Source of the DNA: an uncultured virus (IMG/VR IMGVR_UViG_3300027714_001912)
Lineage: Duplodnaviria; Heunggongvirae; Uroviricota; Caudoviricetes
Length of the DNA stretch: 20,000 bases
Reading direction: 5' to 3' (one strand)
IMG/VR virus record: IMGVR_UViG_3300027714_001912
Numbering within the stretch: position 1 is the stretch's first letter; every line of letters begins with the position of its first letter. Made by a program: the position numbers and the translations under genes. This document shows positions 18,037 through 20,000 of this stretch, piece after piece. The notes below the pieces were generated by a model. It was not told the origin of the DNA. It saw nothing but the letters and a program-made list of their open reading frames with translations, and made no database searches.

Positions 18037-19255
18037 AAAATTACCCAGCGATACTTTTTGTGTATTGCCATTTATGCATGCCGCAGTTAATCCTGGTGGT
18101 GGCTTTCGTGTTTGTTGTAACAGCAATCCAGCTAACAACAAGGTACTAAGAGATGACGGAAGTGGTAAAGCATATAGAATATTCAAAGACGACATTAACG
18201 AAATGTGGAACAGTCAATGGCTACAAAAGATTCGTAAGGAATTTATTGCAGGCGAACGTCCTGAAACTTGCCAGAGATGTTTCCGTGAAGAAGATGCAGG
18301 CATACGTAGTCCACGTGCAGGTTATAATGAAAAGTGGTACAAGGAAGATGTTAAAGTAGCAGAAGTAATTCCATTAGACATACGTTATGTAGATCTACGT
18401 TTGGGTAACTTGTGCAACTTGAAGTGTCGTATGTGTAATCCATGGAGCTCTAGCATGTGGGTAAAGGATTGGAACAAAGTTACTGGAACAGCAGAGCTTA
18501 CACCAAACGAACCACTAAGCAAATCAGACCTTGAGTTTATGGAAGTAATGCAGGAATGGCCAGACCGTAAACAAACTGGTGTTAACTTTGTAGAGATTGC
18601 AAGCACTATAGAAGAAATATATTTAACAGGTGGAGAGCCTACTTTAGCTATATCGCAGTATGCATTATTTGACTATTGTATTGAGAATGATTTAGCCAGC
18701 AATATTAAACTAAAATACAATACTAACCTAACAAACATTCCACAGAAAATGATTGACTATTGGAGTCACTTCAAAGGTGTGCAACTTAATTGTAGTATTG
18801 ATGCAACAGGTGCCAGAGACAGGTACGTTAGGTATCCAAGTAGTTGGATGAAAATAGAACAAACATTTGATAAGCTATTAGCACTACCTAATGTAGGTAT
18901 TCAAGTGCATTGTACAGTACAAGTATTAAATATGTGTGCTATGAGTGAATTGTTTGATTGGACTAGAAGCAAAGGTATACCAGACAAAGATATATACTTA
19001 AACATTCTTAATCATCCTGAGATGTACAATATTCGTACACTACCTACAGACTTAAAACAACTAGCAGAACAACGTTTACAGAATTATTTAGACATTCCAA
19101 AAGTTGCAGACTGCATTAAGTATATGTGGGCTGAAGATTGGTATGATAAGCGTTGGCAAGAGTTTATTGACTTTAACAATAAGACAGATCAACTACAGAA
19201 AGGTAACCTACTTGAGGTGTGTCCAGAATTTACTAATTATATTGACCATAAATAG
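18029..19255 (+). CDS. N-terminal twitch-domain radical SAM protein; rSAM-9
   Basis: Start taken at ATG 18029 (MSKKLP). FCVLPF..FRVCC..TCQRC; core LGNLCNLKCRMC, TGGEP, YNTN, SIDA..RYVRYPSSW, C-terminal CPEF. Confidence 0.92.
   Translation: MSKKLPSDTFCVLPFMHAAVNPGGGFRVCCNSNPANNKVLRDDGSGKAYRIFKDDINEMWNSQWLQKIRKEFIAGERPETCQRCFREEDAGIRSPRAGYNEKWYKEDVKVAEVIPLDIRYVDLRLGNLCNLKCRMCNPWSSSMWVKDWNKVTGTAELTPNEPLSKSDLEFMEVMQEWPDRKQTGVNFVEIASTIEEIYLTGGEPTLAISQYALFDYCIENDLASNIKLKYNTNLTNIPQKMIDYWSHFKGVQLNCSIDATGARDRYVRYPSSWMKIEQTFDKLLALPNVGIQVHCTVQVLNMCAMSELFDWTRSKGIPDKDIYLNILNHPEMYNIRTLPTDLKQLAEQRLQNYLDIPKVADCIKYMWAEDWYDKRWQEFIDFNNKTDQLQKGNLLEVCPEFTNYIDHK
19247..19254 (+). promoter_or_regulatory. Putative T4-like late promoter (CATAAATA)
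   Basis: Same octamer as at 5448. Overlaps the rSAM-9 stop codon, upstream of a GGAG RBS (19264-19267) and ATG 19274. Confidence 0.45.
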
Positions 19256-19273
19256 TAGAAAGGGGAGAACAAC

Positions 19274-19954
19274 ATGGAATATTTAGATATATTAAAAAAT
19301 AGAAGTACTACGTTCAGCTGGACAACCGAGATGATTCCAGATGATGTGCTACTTGAAGTATGTGAAGAAGTACATTTATATTGCCCAAGTAAGAATAAGA
19401 AAATACCTTATGTAGTTCATATAGTTGAAAATACAGAGCAAGAACAACGCAAAACAATACACTTAGCTTGTCATCGAAATACTGATAAATCTACAGCAGA
19501 AGATGGCGGCAATCCACAAGTATTAGCTCCTACCCTAATAGCATTTGTTAAACGTGAGGTTGAAGAAGCAGAAACAAGATACCAAACAATTGAGAAACGT
19601 GACGAACTAGGTACTGCTAATACAGACAATATTGAAATTGGAATGGTTGCAGTAACATTTTTAAATGCACTTACTAGACGAGGATGGGATACAGGATTAT
19701 GTCAATGTATAAGAGACAGAGACGGACTTGGAGCCTTGTTAGGTTTAGGCGGCCCAATAGATTTGTTTATTGGAGTAGGTAGACGAGAGTTAGAATCTAC
19801 TGAAGGTGCTGTAACAGAAAAAGTATTTGATGAATTTCATTGGCCAGCTTATAGAGATCCAAGAGATGACTTAATGAAGAAAATTCCATATCCGTATGGA
19901 ATGAATCCGTATCCAAAACCGGAATTCAATGACGTATATAAAATTAAAAAGTAA
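19274..19954 (+). CDS. Nitroreductase-family flavoprotein
   Basis: N-terminal ILKNRSTTFSW (RxSxR-like FMN-binding motif), CPSKN..PY (APSxxNxQPW equivalent), APTLI, IEIGMVA..L.A...GWDTG. Confidence 0.75.
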   Translation: MEYLDILKNRSTTFSWTTEMIPDDVLLEVCEEVHLYCPSKNKKIPYVVHIVENTEQEQRKTIHLACHRNTDKSTAEDGGNPQVLAPTLIAFVKREVEEAETRYQTIEKRDELGTANTDNIEIGMVAVTFLNALTRRGWDTGLCQCIRDRDGLGALLGLGGPIDLFIGVGRRELESTEGAVTEKVFDEFHWPAYRDPRDDLMKKIPYPYGMNPYPKPEFNDVYKIKK

Positions 19955-19963
19955 AGACACACT

Positions 19964-20000
19964 ATGAGAATAATTGCAACAGGAAACCCTAACTTTGGCG
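19964..20000 (+). CDS. 3'-partial gene, probable short-chain dehydrogenase/reductase (Rossmann N-terminus)
   Basis: ATG 19964 reads MRIIATGNPNFG..., a beta strand followed by a TG..G glycine motif. Only 12 codons are visible. Confidence 0.45.
   Translation, partial: MRIIATGNPNFG

Noticed and set aside
80..18478. 20/21-nt match TGGGTAAARGATTGGAACAAA at 80-100 and 18458-18478
   Set aside because: Encodes the conserved WVKDWNK peptide in rSAM-1 and rSAM-9 using low-degeneracy codons; explained by protein conservation, not a DNA repeat or att site.
309..18606. Numerous minus-strand ORFs of 60-180 aa (e.g. 1671-2102, 4251-4685, 13614-14156, 17241-17753)
   Set aside because: All lie antisense to motif-bearing + strand genes and have Ser/Leu-rich shadow composition without recognisable motifs.
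2..19255. Assignment of the rSAM genes to moaA, pqqE, nirJ or anaerobic sulfatase maturase
   Set aside because: Domain order is inverted in most, there is no MoaA C-terminal GG signature, and none of the partner genes (moaC, pqqA-D, sulfatase) are present.
150..19286. Alternative-frame + strand ORFs (150-386, 3965-4231, 8035-8253, 18153-18359, 19104-19286)
   Set aside because: Nested largely or wholly within radical SAM genes with no independent coding signal; not credible precursor peptides.
1..20000. tRNA, rRNA, CRISPR array, IS element or rho-independent terminator
   Set aside because: No intergenic gap exceeds 47 nt, and no spaced repeats, transposase motifs or GC hairpin plus U-tract were seen by eye.

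Overview
An AT-rich window, almost fully coding, with every credible gene on the + strand and most start and stop codons overlapping or abutting. It is one enzyme-dense cluster. It holds nine divergent radical SAM genes: seven with an N-terminal twitch-like Fe-S domain, one 5'-truncated gene of apparently the same family, and one with a C-terminal SPASM/twitch domain. Interleaved with them are an MTA/SAH-nucleosidase-like enzyme, two amidinotransferase-fold paralogues, a Kdo-hydroxylase-like and an Asp/Asn-beta-hydroxylase-like 2OG-Fe(II) oxygenase, a PLP-dependent enzyme, a tandem pair of paralogous unknown ~430-460 aa proteins, a nitroreductase-like flavoprotein, two small orphans and the start of a probable SDR. 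No housekeeping, RNA, mobile-element or CRISPR features are visible. The gene packing and two CATAAATA (T4-late-promoter-like) motifs at gene junctions suggest a large T4-like environmental phage, but this is inference, as no virion genes lie in the window. The leading hypothesis is an uncharacterised multi-radical-SAM biosynthetic or hypermodification island acting on sugars/glycans, proteins or DNA. All family calls are by-eye motif recognition, not database hits.
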